Position numbers and translations under genes: made by a program
Notes under the pieces: model-generated
What the model saw: only the letters and a program-made list of their open reading frames with translations
Told to the model about the DNA's origin: nothing
The model's database searches: none
Shown here: one piece after another, positions 26,320 through 40,156 of the stretch
Layout: every line of letters begins with the position of its first letter
How positions within the stretch are numbered: position 1 is the stretch's first letter
Source of the DNA: the human T2T-CHM13v2.0 reference genome, Homo sapiens
Reading direction: 5' to 3' (one strand)
Length of the DNA stretch: 64,000 nt
Assembly (NCBI RefSeq): GCF_009914755.1
Contig: NC_060928.1

Positions 26320-28140
26320 TGAGCACTACCTTTACCTTGTTTTTTTGCATGAGGGCACATTTGAAACGGGAGAGGCAAGTGGAGCTCAGAATGTGATGGT
26401 CTTGCTGAGTGGAGGAAACAGAGAAGTTCATGGCTGCTGAAATGGATGGGATTCACAGGAAAAGGTAGTGGTGCAGAGAGAGCTGCACAGAGAATTGAGC
26501 ACATACAGTTTTTTTGAGTCTCCCTGGGGTCTTTAGCCAAATTTAAGTTTCACATGCCCAGCATAAGATTGTGCTAATCATGGCAGAAAGCAAATACCTG
26601 TGAACTGTGAGATGAATGGAAAGTCTAGAGGTCACATATATTGGAAGATAGATTTCTGAGCTGCCAGAATGGAGAGAACTGTTAGGAGGTTCAAGACATT
26701 CTATCCCCAAATATGACACCTTGGCATTTGAAAAACAGTAGAAGCAGGACAGTCACTCTCACCTTTCCCTTGCCATTACTCCTGAAGCAGGTCATAAAAA
26801 CTTCATTCCAGTGTAACCTTCTGTATACCCAGATGAAAGAAACATCTTGTTCTCTAAAACAGAGATATCAAATAGAATCTGAACAAACACACTTTGCTAA
26901 TTTCCTCCCAATTTATTGCCATTCGATTTTCCTCCCTTGCAATCGTGCTTCTCTACAACTGTTCACACTTCATCAAACTACGCATAACGATACCTAGGTT
27001 TCCCTATTTCTTTGAATCTTCATTTCTAGAGTGCTCTGTCAGGTAAAATTGACATTAAATACACAATTAGGCTTTTATTAATCTGTCTTTTATTATAGGT
27101 GCCTTTGCCATAAACCTAGCAATGGGTGAGGAAATAAATATTTTATCCCATACAACTGACAGGAAACATCAAGAACTCATTTAAAATTTCAGGACATTTA
27201 CTCCTAAGGAATAGGGTTATCTCATCCTAGGAGCACGGGCTACTGTAGACACATGCAGTCAAATGTTAAAAAGCAAACTTTGGCAGTATCAGGGTGAGCC
27301 ACCATTTTTTAACTGTCTTCCAGAACTAAATTCAATAATTAGAAATAGGAAACAGCAAAATTCCTGAAGACAGGTGAGTAAAAATAATGCAAATTGAGGC
27401 TCCAAATTTACAAAAGGACTTTAAAAACCATGAACAGAACTTCAATGTTTTATTGGACAATATCAAGCAGTACAACAAACATGCAATCTGAGATTTAGAG
27501 GAGAGAAGAGAGATAGGGACAGAAAAAAGTTTTGAAGAAATAATACCTAAATTTTCTTCTCCAATTTTGATGAAAACATTGACACACAGATTCGACAAAA
27601 AACAATTAACCCTAAGTCAGAATTACATAAAGATGATCACGGGTAAGCATATCACAGTAAGATTTCCAAAATGAAGATAGGGAAAAAAAACCACTCAAAA
27701 GCACTAGAGAAAAAAAAAAAGATTCTATTCAGCTGGATAATACAATTATGTTTAGAAAAATACAAAGAAGAGGGTAATGAGAGACATTTTAAAGTTCTAA
27801 AATAGAAGAAATAATCTATAATTATATGCCCAATAAAATATATTATGAAAATGAATGTAAAATGAAATATTTTCAGATTAAAAAAAGGCTAAGGAAAATT
27901 GTCACCAGTAAACCTGTCTTACAAGAAATGGCAATGTAAATTAATCATGCTAAAGAGAAGTGTTATAATAAAGGCACTTGGACATATTTGAATGATGAGG
28001 TTTGGATGAGGTACATGTATAGGGAAATATAACATTTTCCCCACATTTCTTAATTTGTTCAAAATGCAATTGCTTGATTAGAGTACATATAATAAATTTG
28101 CATTGAGGGTTTTTTAGGGTATGTAAAGTTAAATGTATAC
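26320..28140 (+). mobile_element. Old L1M 5'UTR/ORF1 relic, interrupted by an ERV1 LTR
   Basis: ORF1-like TGAACAGAACTTCAATG...GGACAATATCAAGCAG...GGAGAGAAGAGAGA...TTTGAAGAAATAATACCTAAA; ACCAGTAAACCTGTCTTACAAGAAATG. Confidence 0.7.
26682..27154 (+). mobile_element. ERV1-class solo LTR (MER31/MER67-related group)
   Basis: CCCCAAATATGACACCTTGGCAT...CCTGAAGCAGGTCATAA...GAATCTGAACAAAC...TTAATCTGTCTTTT...CCCATACA; 4-bp TSD ACTG. Confidence 0.75.
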
Positions 28141-28143
28141 TAG

Positions 28144-28736
28144 TGAAACTGCCTTTGCAAAAATTATAAGAGTGAGAGAAATCTGACATAGAAAAATTAT
28201 GACAGTGAAATAAATCTGACCTAACTTACTCCACCTTGCCTCTAACCTCCAAACTTCCCTTATCTATTTCTAGGCATAGGCCAACTAACTAGGAAGGAAT
28301 TTAGTTTATAGTTTAACTTTAAAACAAATGTAGTAATAGCTGCTTCCCAAAACTAACCTCTTCCTCACTCAGGGACCCAAACTGCTTTTGTAAAACTAAC
28401 AAATTAGCCACAGAGTTAAAATTAACGTTCAAGAGTCACGTAGTCAGAAGTCACAAGATTTGCAACCTTCCCAATTTCTCCTATGGATAACATCACCATT
28501 GTAAAACCTTAGATTGGTGTGAGGTATTTTCCAGACTCTGCATTATGATAGACCACTGGTACCTCCTGAACCCACATTAAGAAACCGGCTCCTCTGGGTC
28601 GTGTGATCCCCACCCAAGAACTGACTCAGTGCAATAAGACAGCTTCAACCCCCTATGATTTCATCACCAACCCAATCAAGCAGCATTTCCTATTCCCTAG
28701 CCCCTTGTCTGCCAGACTATCCTTGAAAAACCCTTT
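28144..28736 (+). mobile_element. LTR8 (LTR8A/B) ERV1 LTR, 3'-truncated
   Basis: Start TGAAACTGCCTTTGCAAAAATTAT with internal duplication of the AAATCTGAC block; GGAATTTAGTTTATAGTTT; GTAAAACTAACAAATTAGCCAC; CCCCACCCAAGAACTGACTCAG. Confidence 0.85.
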
Positions 28737-30089
28737 TCCTGAGGTAAATGGTGCTGAGAGCTGGGAAGGAATCTGGAGCTAGATAAAAAGACCAACAACC
28801 TGGATAAAGAAATTCTCACTTACCCAAATGATGGTTTAGACACACAGTCTTGACTATTTTTAGTATTTCATTCTGTGCTTCTTGTCATGCTTAATTTTAA
28901 TCATGAAAATAGAACTGAAGTTCCACATCTAAACTTGTGAAACAGAAGAAAAAGAAAAAAGACAGCCTTAGAAAGAGCTGATGAGCAAAAGGAATTGGGT
29001 CCTTGGCAGAAGCAGGAACTCAGAGTCAAAATATCTGTATTAATTACAGGACTTTAGGAATTCATGGAAATGTTGATGAGTTCATTGAACTTCCAATAGA
29101 AAGTAGATAGGTGGATATATCTGATTTTGTTTAAATTTTAAAAAACATGGTAACATTGGCTGGGTCACATTGACTGATTCAATGTCTAACATAAATTAAT
29201 TTAACCCGTCACTGTTAATTTGCTTCAATTTAACAGACATTTGGATTTAGTAACATCTTCTACTGTTTCATTAATTTTGGCATTTACCATTTTGTGAGAG
29301 GCTAGTATGGGTAAATGTTGTAGAGAATTTAATCAAACAGAATTCTTCTGATGATAGACATAGTTTATAGCATAGAACATTCCATAATCATACTGAATGA
29401 TAATACAGACAGAAATAATTCAGAGGCATGAAAAGGGACAAATAAAGGGTTATGGGTGTTTATAGGAGAGAGAAATCACTTCCAGGAGATCTTGATAGAA
29501 AATGTAAAATTTGTATTGGGCCCTAGATAATAGGAATAATTTGAGCACATGGGGATGGGGTGATGACAGGACATTCATTCTATTTAGAGGAAGGAGGTGC
29601 AAAAGAATGGATACAGAAAAATACTGGGTGAAAATGGAGAATACCAACTTTGTTTTTGTTGTAGTGTGTGAAGAAGAAAAATAGGTTAATAGATTGTGAA
29701 GATAGAAAAGTGTTAGTTTCAGAAACCATGAACCTCAGTCCTAGAAGTTGTGTCTCTGGCCAAGAATAATTCTTTTTGTGTTTCTCTCAGTGTGGGTGGG
29801 GGTTGGGGGAGCTTCTAGAACTCTTCTTCAGCAACATAAATACTTTAACTGAGTATTGAATATTTTGTGTAAGAATATTTAAGATACCTTTGCCAAAGTC
29901 CTTAAAGAACAGACTTGAATTAAAGGCACTGCTGAAGAAATGGCTTGTCGGGTGGGTACGTGTCAGGACTATTTCAGAAATAGAATGTACAGAACAAGGT
30001 AATACACAGTTTTCTCACTCACAGTTAATGCTACCAACACTCTCACAATTGGTGAAGGTGAATCATAGGAATCATTTTAGATATTGCCC

Positions 30090-31265
30090 TTTCCTTTGTC
30101 TCCCATAATTAATCCCATAAAATAGATTTTTAATTTCTCTCTGTCTTTCCATTTTCAAGAGTACCGCCTAGGCCTCTCTCATGGATAATGGCAATAGCCT
30201 CCTAATTCTTACCAGCTTAAAAATAAAACCTAGCTGAAATTATATAATTCTCCATTGTAAGTATATCCATGAAGTACCATTATACTAACAATAAAATTAG
30301 AATTTCTAACTATGGAGTACAAAGCCCAACATGATCTGGTTCATGTGGTTCTATAATTCCTTTCATGGGCTCACTTATTATATTCTACCTATATGGGTGC
30401 TTTTTTCATTCTGGCACATCCCAAGCTTTTCCCCTCTTCTGGGACTTTGCATTTGTCTCTTTGGATGAAATGTAGCCCCTTTTTAGCTTTGTTGCATGGC
30501 AGGCTCTGACTCACACTTTAGTTGTTAATTTAAGTGTTACGTGTTTAGAGTCGTTCTCCCTGATATTTTACCTAAACTACCCCCTATCTTAATAAATTCT
30601 GGCTGCTATATCAAATACCGTAGACTGGGTGGCTTAAACAACAGGCATGTATTTCTTTCCGTTTTGGATGCTGTAAAGTCTAAGCTCAAGGTGTCAGCAG
30701 ATTTGGTTCTTGGTGACAGCCTGCTTCCTGGCTTCTAGGTAGCCACCTTCTTACTGTGTGCTCAACATGGCCTCTCCTCACTGCGTGCATATGGAGAGAC
30801 AGAGAAATTTCTCTCTCTTCCTCATCTGATTTAATTTAGACCTTATCACTTTTTAAAGGCTCCACCTCCTAATATCATCACAATGGGGTTAGAACTTCAA
30901 CATATGAACTTTGGAGGAGGAGGGGGTGCACATAATCCTCCATAATACATACATACATACATATGGAGTGGTGTTATGGAATGGTCTATACTACTGCTCC
31001 ACACATACCCAATGTTTTACTCTCTATCATATCAAATTGAGAATTATTTTATGGCAATTATCACAATTATCTCTTCCATATCACTGTTTTTTTCTTCTTG
31101 GTTATGTAGCAATCTGAAACTATCTTGTTCATGCATTTGGTGACTTGTTTATTTTTCTACTAAAATACAGCTCTCATGTTTTGTCCTTATTTATATCCAA
31201 GGACCTGGAAAATTGCATGGCACATAGGAATGGTTCATTAATTATTCTTTACATTAGTGAATACA
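30090..31265 (+). mobile_element. L2a 3' portion, interrupted by MLT1A
   Basis: GCAATAGCCTCCTAA, TACAAAGCCCAACATGATCTGG, GGGACTTTGCATTTG, TGGCACATAGG...AGTGAATA. Confidence 0.75.
30584..30948 (-). mobile_element. MLT1A/A0 solo LTR
   Basis: GGCTGCTATATCAAATACCGTAGACTGGGTGGCTTAAACAACAG...CAAGGTGTCAGCAGATTTGG...CTTCAACATATGAACTTTGG. Confidence 0.88.
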
Positions 31266-31649
31266 TTATTCTAATAAACAGGGAATGTTACTAAAAGCTA
31301 CTATAACATATCCTGTCTGAATTACTAGGGGAATCTTTAATGAAATTGAAGAATTGGTGATAAAAAGTTCATTAGGAAAGGAAAATAGTGAGCTAAATTT
31401 GAGGGGTACAATTAACACAACTGTAAAATCAGTTTTACATAAGTTTTAGAAGCACAAAGCACTGTGGGGATATAAAGGTACATACAGCATGTTCCTGTTC
31501 CTAGTATTTCCCATTTAGCAGCTCATAGCTGGATTTATATTAGTCACTTTTCTGATGCACTGGGTCCTAGATGCTCAGAGGACCCTAATCCCCTAATCAA
31601 GAGTGATCTCATGGCATATAAGAGAATTCAACTTTCAGGATTAAAGTGA

Positions 31650-32010
31650 GTACATCAAGGTCTAAGCTGAAAACAGATGGCCTACTCAAGTAGGTTATGT
31701 AAGAGACCATATAAAAAATGTGGACATGGTTAATGAAAATCAATATGGGGTAGTAAAACACAGTGGGACCTGTCACCATGCATAAGCCTGCAAGGCTAAC
31801 TGGAGAGAGTAGTTGCCTAAATGCAGTTAACTGCTGTTTAGCAGAAAGAAAACTCTCAAAATACCCCCCTACATTTTTACCTCTGCTGTCCCTGGTAAGT
31901 GGCTGATACTTTTCATTGGTCAACTCCACCAGAAGCCAAAGGGCAAAAGAACCTGTAGCTTTATTCTATAAAATTCTGCCTCCTTAAAGACAGAAAAGAG
32001 TTAAATAGCA
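31650..32010 (-). mobile_element. LTR33-like ERVL LTR relic
   Basis: GAAAACAGATGGCCTACTCAA...CATTGGTCAACTCCACCAGAAGCCAAAGGGCAAAAGAACC. Confidence 0.55.
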
Positions 32011-32299
32011 AGAAGTTCCCATGTTTTGACCAATAAATATTCATAGAATCTAGAAAAAAGGCCTGATACGTAATAATTCCTCACTAAGCATTAAAAAAAG
32101 TTAGTGGTTGAATGATTGCAAATAAGATGTAATCAAACGAGGGAAAGTTACTGAAAGCTATTAAAAGATATTCTGTCAGAGTGCCAGGAGAATGGTGATA
32201 TCTGAGGGTATATCTTAACATATGTGGCAAGTGGAAATTACCTAGAACAATTTATTTTCCATTACCTGTAACTATTTCAGTAATGCGTTCCTGTAGTTA

Positions 32300-32485
32300 C
32301 CAGTGCAGAATGCCTGCTATGTGCAAAGCATTATTTGAAACCTTTTACAACTCAGTGAGGCAGAAAAATGAGGAAAAAATATTCTTTGTTCCAGGTTGCA
32401 CAAATGCCAAGTGTTGGACTGTGGCTAGAACTCACATCATTCCAATTTCAAAGTTAGTGCTCTTAACCATGGCATATTGCCTCCT
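32300..32485 (-). mobile_element. MIR SINE
   Basis: ATGCCTGCTATGTGCAAAGCA...CCAGGTTGCACA...TTCAAAGTTAGTGCTCTTAACCA. Confidence 0.6.
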
Positions 32486-33090
32486 TGTACTGTGAATCAC
32501 CCGTTTCTTTTCCCCTATGGTCATGATTTCCCAAATTACTCTATTATTCCCATAACCCCTTTCTTCTATAAAATAAAAGATTTAGATGAGGTGATTTCTA
32601 AGATTTATGCCATTTAGGAGATGTGATATATTTAGGTACGTTATAATTATTTGTGTGATATTGTAGTGTAAGAACATGACTAAAAATTTGGAGGTAAAAT
32701 ACATAAAATAGGAAACGCAAAAACAGTAAATAATAATTACTCCTTGATATAACCTAGATTTCTGAAGAAATATTTAGGAAGGAAACTCCAAAGTTTAAAT
32801 CAGTAATACCTTTACTGCAGTAGAAAGTATTATGTTACAGGGTGGGTAATGTGTTCTTTCAGTTTAAACTGCCTTTTAACTGGATTATTTATCACATATG
32901 CAAATAAGCTATTTAATTAATAAGGAAATAGATACCACGGTTGAACCTCATTGAAGCCTGTTCTTTAATTACATTGATATCCTGAGTTGTTGTAATGTGA
33001 TATTATAGTATCTAAGAGATTCATGGATCAAACAGTATTTTAGAGTTTATGAAATATAGGAATATTTTAGTATTTTCTCATGCACATTAA

Positions 33091-33953
33091 TGTAAGTAAA
33101 AATAAAAAAATACTATTTTTGTCTTTACTCACACAACACTTACAACACAAAATTGTATGGGGTTTTAACTACACCAGCCAACTATCCAACTCTTCAGACA
33201 TCAACTGAGTGTCCTACAATTCAGTTATGACACTAATTACCTACAGTTTCTGCAGACCCTGCTGGTTAAAGGCTCAGTCCCCCAAGACTGCCCCCCACTT
33301 CAGATGACAATCGCCAAGTAATACGTCCCCAAATTAGCCACACTTCTCTCTGACTTGGCTACAACTTGAGAGTTCCTATGACACCCCTTCTCAGGTTCAA
33401 CAATTTGTGAGCTATGATGGCTCACACAATTAAGGAAAACACCTGCTTACATTTAGTGATTTATTATTAAGGATATGACAAGGGGTACAGATAACTCCAG
33501 ATGAAGAAATGCAGAAGGCAAGATCCAGAAGGGTCCTGAACACAGGAGTTCTGTTCCTGTGGAAATGCAGCACGCTCCTGGCACAAATATATGTTCGCCA
33601 ACTTACAAGTCAAATCCCAATATTTTAGGGACTTACTGGAGTTTCTACAATTTAGGCATAACTGATTCTTAACTCAATCTCTTGCCCCTCTGTCTTTCCC
33701 ATGCAGGATGCTGAGGTAGGGCTGAAAATTTGAAGCTTCTAATCATAGCTTGATCTTTCCGGAGGCCAGCCCCCATCTTGAAGCAATCCCCCTCATTAGA
33801 ACAAAAAAATGCTCCAATTACCCAGAAAATTTCAAAGTACTTAGGAGCTCTTTGCCACTTCTATACCCATATCACCTAGGAAATTAAACGGGTTTTAGGA
33901 GCTGTGTCAAAACCAGAGACAGAGAACACACATAAATTTACTAATAGGTCACA
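33091..33953 (-). mobile_element. MER21 (B/C) LTR
   Basis: GTGTCCTACAATTCAG...GGCTCAGTCCCCCAAGACTGCCCCCCACTTCAGATG...TGACTTGGCTACAA...GGGTTTTAGGAGCTGTG; TG...CA termini. Confidence 0.85.
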
Positions 33954-33984
33954 GTGAGTCAGGAAAAATTTCAGAATTGATTCA

Positions 33985-34170
33985 AAGGTAAGAGAAGCCT
34001 GTGTTTAAATGTAGGCTCTGCAGTTTTTAAGCCAGTAATGCAGAACATTTTACTAAATACTGTGAGGATACTTTATTCGGCTTTTGTGAGGATAAGGATA
34101 TATAGGTTATACACATGCTTAGTATAGTGCTTTGTCTATAGAATAGACTCAATAAATGGTGACTAAATTA
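33985..34170 (+). mobile_element. MIR relic
   Basis: CCTGTGTTTAAATGTAGGCTCTG...TTGTGAGGATAA...TGCTTAGTATAGTGC...CTCAATAAATGGT. Confidence 0.6.
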
Positions 34171-34515
34171 TAATTGTTAATAAAAAAATAATATCATAAG
34201 CATTGTAATATATACATTCTTATTATTTAGCATAAAGTCTTACAATGAAAGTCAGTTTCCATTTGTGCTGAATTCAGCTAAGCCACTGAGCGACATCATA
34301 TATTTGGGGCTATAATTTAGTCAAATATGATTCAATCATTACTCTAGTGTTTTTAAAAAAATGTTTAATGAGCATCCTCTCTCACAGGTAAAAACAAAGA
34401 AACCAGCCAATAACTTCAGAGTTCATAAAATGTCTAAGTAAATCTCTCTTAGTTCATTTTCCAATACATGTGGTGTTAGAGGCCAAAAGAGATACGTAGA
34501 TCTCTGTATATGTAT

Positions 34516-35018
34516 TTACTAGTCAGGAGTCTCCAGAGAAACGGAACCACTAAAATGAACACACATCTATTATCTTCTTTATATGTGTATAACAGGAGAT
34601 TTATTATAAGAAATTAGCTCATGTGATTATTGAGGCTGAGAAATTCTAAGATTTGCTGCCTGCAAGCTGGAGACCCAGCAGCTGGTGGTGTAAGTCAGAG
34701 TCCAAAGGCCTGAGAACCAGGAAGCTGATGGTTTAAATCCTAGTCCAAGGGCAGGAAAAGATGAGATGAGATGTTTGGTAAGGAAAAAGAAAAAAAAAAG
34801 TGGGGGGAATTCTCCTTTGTTTGACTTTTGTTCTATTCATTCCTTCAACAGGTTGTATGATTCCTGCCCACACTGGGGAGAGCAATCTATGGAGGCTACT
34901 GAGTTGATTACTAATGCCTTCCAGAAACACCCTCACAGATATACCCAGAAATAGTGTTTAACCAGATATTTGGGCATCCCCTGATCCAATCAAGTTTATA
35001 CATAAAATTAATTATCAG
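34516..35018 (-). mobile_element. MLT2B-type ERVL solo LTR
   Basis: AGTCAGGAGTCTCCAGAGAAACGGAACC...GATTTATTATAAGAAATTAGCTCATG...CCAGAAACACCCTCACAGATATACCCAGAAAT...CATAAAATTAATTATCA. Confidence 0.88.
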
Positions 35019-35302
35019 AGTACAGTATAAAAATTCACGATACATTTCAGAAGACAGTGAAGTAAAGAAAGGAGCAGCAAGGTAAATATGCAATAATCAT
35101 AACCAGGGGGATAAAGCACTAGATGCAGAGAATAAGGAACTGCCAACATTTGTACAAAATGACTTAACAAATATTTATGTATCATAAACATGAAAAATGA
35201 TTAATTTATTAGGAAATAGTATATATTCATTGAAAATATTTAATTCTTACATATATAAAGCAAAAGGGAGAGAAAACTCCTACTCTCCAAAATCTCATTC
35301 TT

Positions 35303-35304
35303 TG

Positions 35305-35337
<33 letters not shown>

Positions 35338-35344
35338 TTGTGTG
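35303..35344 (+). repeat. Interrupted (TG)n microsatellite
   Basis: Directly visible. Confidence 0.95.
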
Positions 35345-35639
35345 GATATGTCTATAAAATGAAGTCCAGTCTTGCTTTGGACACTTTCTCTCAAACATTT
35401 TCATAATTCTCAAGATTGTTTTTATGTGTTGCCTGAGTATAATGTAGACCTCTCCACATTGTGTCAGGGAAAGTAATTTTCCTGCTATAAGTACCAGTGA
35501 AGTTTGTAAGATGTTTGTGTGTGTCTAAAAATGAAAGATATGTTTGTGTGGGGCTAAAAATGTTGTCACTCACATAAAATTAACACATAATATGCTTTAG
35601 CTATAATCCTCCTAATGCTGCGTTAAACACTGTTGATCT

Positions 35640-36230
35640 CAGTCATATGCCACTCTCTAGGGTGATACCCAGTGAGCCATGCCCTGCATAATCTTCTCCC
35701 CTTGAATGCTGCAGAACATGTGACCGATTTCTAGTGAACAGAGTATGACAAAGGTGATGGAATAATCACTCCCATGATTTTATTACATGATATAAGACTG
35801 TATCCTAGTAGACTTGATGGAGATTCTCCTATTGGCTTTAAAAAATTATGTTACCATGTTGTGGAAATATCACAGAGTCATTTAGTAAGAGCTGCAAGTG
35901 GCTTTTTAGAAGTTGAGAGTGGTCCAGAAATGACAGTCAGCAAGAAAACAGGGACCTCAGCCTACAGCTAAAAGAAATTGAATTTTGCCAATGGCCGCAT
36001 GAACTTGGAAGAAGACCCTGAAATTCAGAAAAAATGGAGCCTGGCCAAATTTTGATTGATTGCAGCCCTCTGAGATTCTGAGCAAAGGACCCATCTAAGC
36101 TGCACCTGGAATCCAGCCTAAGAAAACTGTAAGATAATAAATGTATGTTATTGTAAGCTGCTGTGGTGTGAATTTTACAGATGACCTCAGCAAATTTCTG
36201 ACTAAAAGTACCCGCTGGATAACTAGACAC
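35640..36230 (+). mobile_element. MLT1F/G-type solo LTR
   Basis: CTCCCCTTGAATG...CAAAGGTGATGG...CAGCAAGAAAACAGGGACCTCAG...GAAAACTGTAAGATAATAAATGTATGTTATTGTAAGC. Confidence 0.8.
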
Positions 36231-36926
36231 ACCTGATATTCATCAACAGCTTATTCAGCAGTGGATTCCACATCATAGAGGTACTTTTCCTTGCCCCTCC
36301 ACTTAGGTGCTCACATGTGGTGTTGGTGAGAATGGTGGGAGTAACTAAGAGAGAGTTCAAGTCGGCAACATAATGCACCTACAGCCAATTTGACTTGCAG
36401 GCTCTGCAGTTCACTCCCACCAAACTCTTTCAGGATGGTGATTTTCTCCCAGAATCCCAAGCCAATGCACTTCCTGCTTAGTTTGGAGGCTCGTTAATAA
36501 ATCCCACGGGTCCATGTAAGTCTGACACAACTGGAAAACATAGACCAAGATCTTTTACAAAGAATGCCGAGCTTTTCACAAATGAAGACAATGAATTGCT
36601 TATTTTATTATTAATTTATAATTACAAGTTATTTTAAGATATTAAGTTTATATTATAAATTATATAAATTAATGTAAGAAATTTGTTATTTACTTTCATA
36701 ATCTTGTCTTCAGTTTAAGTTCTTTTCAGTTAATCTCTCTGACATTCCTAACACTTCAGCTAAAACTTTAGTATACATGCAAATAATGTATACATCTTTT
36801 ACAAGAAAATAGGAAAATGTTACACATATTTGCCAGCAATAAATACGATGTAGCATATTTCCTGGTTAGTATAATATATATTGTATTTTATCGGCTATGC
36901 TATAACCCATAATGAGTGTTAATACA

Positions 36927-36927
<1 letters not shown>

Positions 36928-36959
<32 letters not shown>
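36928..36959 (+). repeat. (CA)16 microsatellite
   Basis: Directly visible, uninterrupted. Confidence 0.97.
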
Positions 36960-36961
<2 letters not shown>

Positions 36962-37864
36962 TTAGTTTTATCCTAGTTTTGTTAACATCTATTTTCTTCT
37001 GAAATACATAGTCTAGAAATAAAATTAATATTTTAAGTGAAAAATAATGTATACTTTCAAAATTCAGGTAATATACAAGACTATAAAGAGACACTTCCAC
37101 TGGAGAGAAATAATATGAAAGATTTTATGCACTCTTAGTTAAGTATTGTTTGATCCATAAGTTGTTAGCTTTCCATTGCTTTCATTTAACAAATATTCCT
37201 TTGTAACTATAATTTCTCTGTGCACACCTCCTCGTACAAATTTAATTTATCCCCTTCCTTTCAATATTTATAATTTTCCTTAGCTCATTTTGAAATATTA
37301 TCTGAGAAACTTTTGATAAATAACTTTATACCCACTCCTAGCAGTATCTGAATAGTAATTTTAGCCTCAACTTATTTTTGTATTGACTTTAAGGGAGGCA
37401 TATGACTCTGGCTTTAGTCACAATCCATTGTCTATTAGGAACAGCTGTCAGGATTGGCCAGTATTTGAATTCCAATAAGGATGTATGACATATCAATTCT
37501 TTTGCCTTTCTAGAATGTACTCGTGCATCATCCTAGTATATTCCTGGGAAGATAATAATAAAGGACCCACACTGCTTTCCAGTTTACCTTAGATGAAAAT
37601 TGTAACTTTGTCACAACTGTCTGAAAATTTCTCTCTGGCAGTCATTTCTCCTTTCATAGGGAAGGAATTTACTAGTATCAGAAAGAAACCTAATCCCCAC
37701 ACATCCTCCAAAATTTCAATTGTAATTAATTGCTTAAAACAATAACTATACAAAAAACTTCTAAGAGATCTTATAAAATAAGAACAGAAATCAGTCTCAA
37801 ACTAGAGCTAGGTGAGGAGCCTAATCTGTGTACTACAGTTGAATGTGGAATGTAGATAGAGAAT

Positions 37865-38496
37865 TGTGATGGCTTTGCAATATGTCAACCTAGTTTCCCT
37901 GAATATCTTCTTTTGCATGTTTTCATTAGAGTGAGCAGCAAGGGATATTCTTGGAAGATTTGAAAGGAAGAAGAGAAACAATGGTCATTTTGTAGTTCAC
38001 GGACTTATTGCAGATCTGCTGAGTCACCTCTTTGCTGTGAAGCAGCAGCTGGGCTTGCAATTGTTCCACTTTTCTCTGGATCTTTCTTCAGTTTCTGCGA
38101 CCAGGTGTATATGTTTAGCTCTGTAACAAAGGGCTCCAGTTTCTGCCGTTCATCTTTTTCACTAAAAACAAAGGCAACAAGAAACCACATAGAATTCAAT
38201 GTGTTTTTGTGGATTTCTAGCTTATGCTTCTAAGTTCCGCCCTGCTTATAACCTTCTCTTCCTGACTGACTCCCCTGTGGATTTCATGTTCCGGTATGGA
38301 GACAGCAGCCTTAGAAAGACAACTTAGTTGGTTTTCATAATTAAGTTAGTCAAGTCACTGTAACAGATCATCTCTCTCCCTTTCTTGCTCTCTCTCTGTC
38401 TCTCTCACTCTCCCACCCATCTCTCTCACACACACTGTCCTTTTCTCTTTCTCTCTCTACCAGTTCTGCTTCCCTTTTTGAACCCTGAAAGACACA
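37865..38496 (+). mobile_element. MLT2E/F-type ERVL solo LTR
   Basis: TGTGATGGCTTTGCAATATGTCAACC start; end (CT)n...CAGTTCTGCTTCCC...GAACCCTGAAAGACACA. Confidence 0.7.
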
Positions 38497-38549
38497 AGGT
38501 AAAGACAATAACCAGGGAAAACTCTTTCAATATGATTTTTTTTTTTTTT

Positions 38550-39350
38550 AGTGAAGGGGAGCAGAGAAATTAGATGATATCTAAAGATAATATTTAGTCA
38601 AATAATGATTATAACAAATAGGGTGTCATTGATTCTCTGTTTCCAGAAGAGAGAGAGAGAAAAAAAAATGTTGACTATGTGAAAAAAGAAATTAATTCTG
38701 AAAGCAAAGCTTAGATAAGGTAAAAAGGGATGAGATCTTTAGAATAAGTAAAAAGGTCAGCCATTAATAGAAGTGTGGAAAATCATCAATTCAAAGTTAT
38801 CCATGGAAAAAGAGGAAAGGCAGAAAGTATAGGCACAGATTCAGATGTGTTAATAGATTTCAGGGAAGGTAAGGGAGTTTGAGTTTGATTTTTTTATTAT
38901 TATTTTTCTTAATAAGATAGGAAGCAAGGTTTTCATTTAAGAATAAGGAAGGAGGAGATGGCCAACGAATTTTTAGGAGAGAAAAAGAGGTGTGGAAAAT
39001 ATCTTTTGGAAAAGAGACAAAGCAAATATAACGGAAAAGTGTTGTAGCAATGTTAACCAGTATTAAGAAGTTATTTAATATTAAAATTCCATGAATTAAA
39101 ATCAAGAATTCTCAGCATAGTTGTGGCTGTTCACCAACAGTATTCAGCTACACAGGACAAGCACAGAGTAAACAGAGATGGCATTATGTAGAGTGTGCCT
39201 TTCCCAGGTGTGTAGAGTAGACAAACACTGTTCATAAAGATGGATCAATGAATCCAAACTGATCAAATAGAGATAGAAGGACATGAGTAGATTGATTTCT
39301 GGAAAGAAAAATGATAAAGTTAATAGTTGGGAGTGAATTGGTGGCTGTGA
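38550..39350 (-). mobile_element. L2 internal relic
   Basis: Purine-rich degenerate L2 text (GGGATGAGATC, AGGCAGAAAGTATAGGCACAGAT, GGAAGCAAGGT). Confidence 0.45.
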
Positions 39351-39581
39351 TGTGATTGAATAATTAATTGAGTAGATTCATTCAAACAGGTGAAATGGAC
39401 CAGGTGAATAGGTGAATACCTAGTCCAGTAGAAGAGTTTACAACAGGCTCTCCAAAAAGGTGGTTGCTGAAGTACCATGGTTCAGAGATCAATTTGTCCT
39501 TGAAATCTTTTCTGTTTAACTCAAGTAAAAATTTATTGTATTGTCATACACATTTTTCTGTTACACTTCAAATCTCTATGA

Positions 39582-39962
<381 letters not shown>

Positions 39963-40156
39963 TTCACTGCAAGATTTTATATCTATCCTTCATTTTTTTT
40001 TTATTTCTTCATTTAATCCTTCCCCTTTTCCTTCCTTTCTTTCTTATTTTTCATTCTCCAAACATTTAATGAGCATTTATTATGCACTAAGTAGTATACT
40101 TGTCACTGCTATTGCAACACTAAATTTATAGTTCTAGTAGAAGAAAAAGTCTCAAG

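Noticed and set aside
36285-36332. 19-nt plus-strand micro-exon (CCCCTCCACTTAG|...|GTGAGA)
   Set aside because: Frame-shifting, isolated and expected by chance in 64 kb; no other support.
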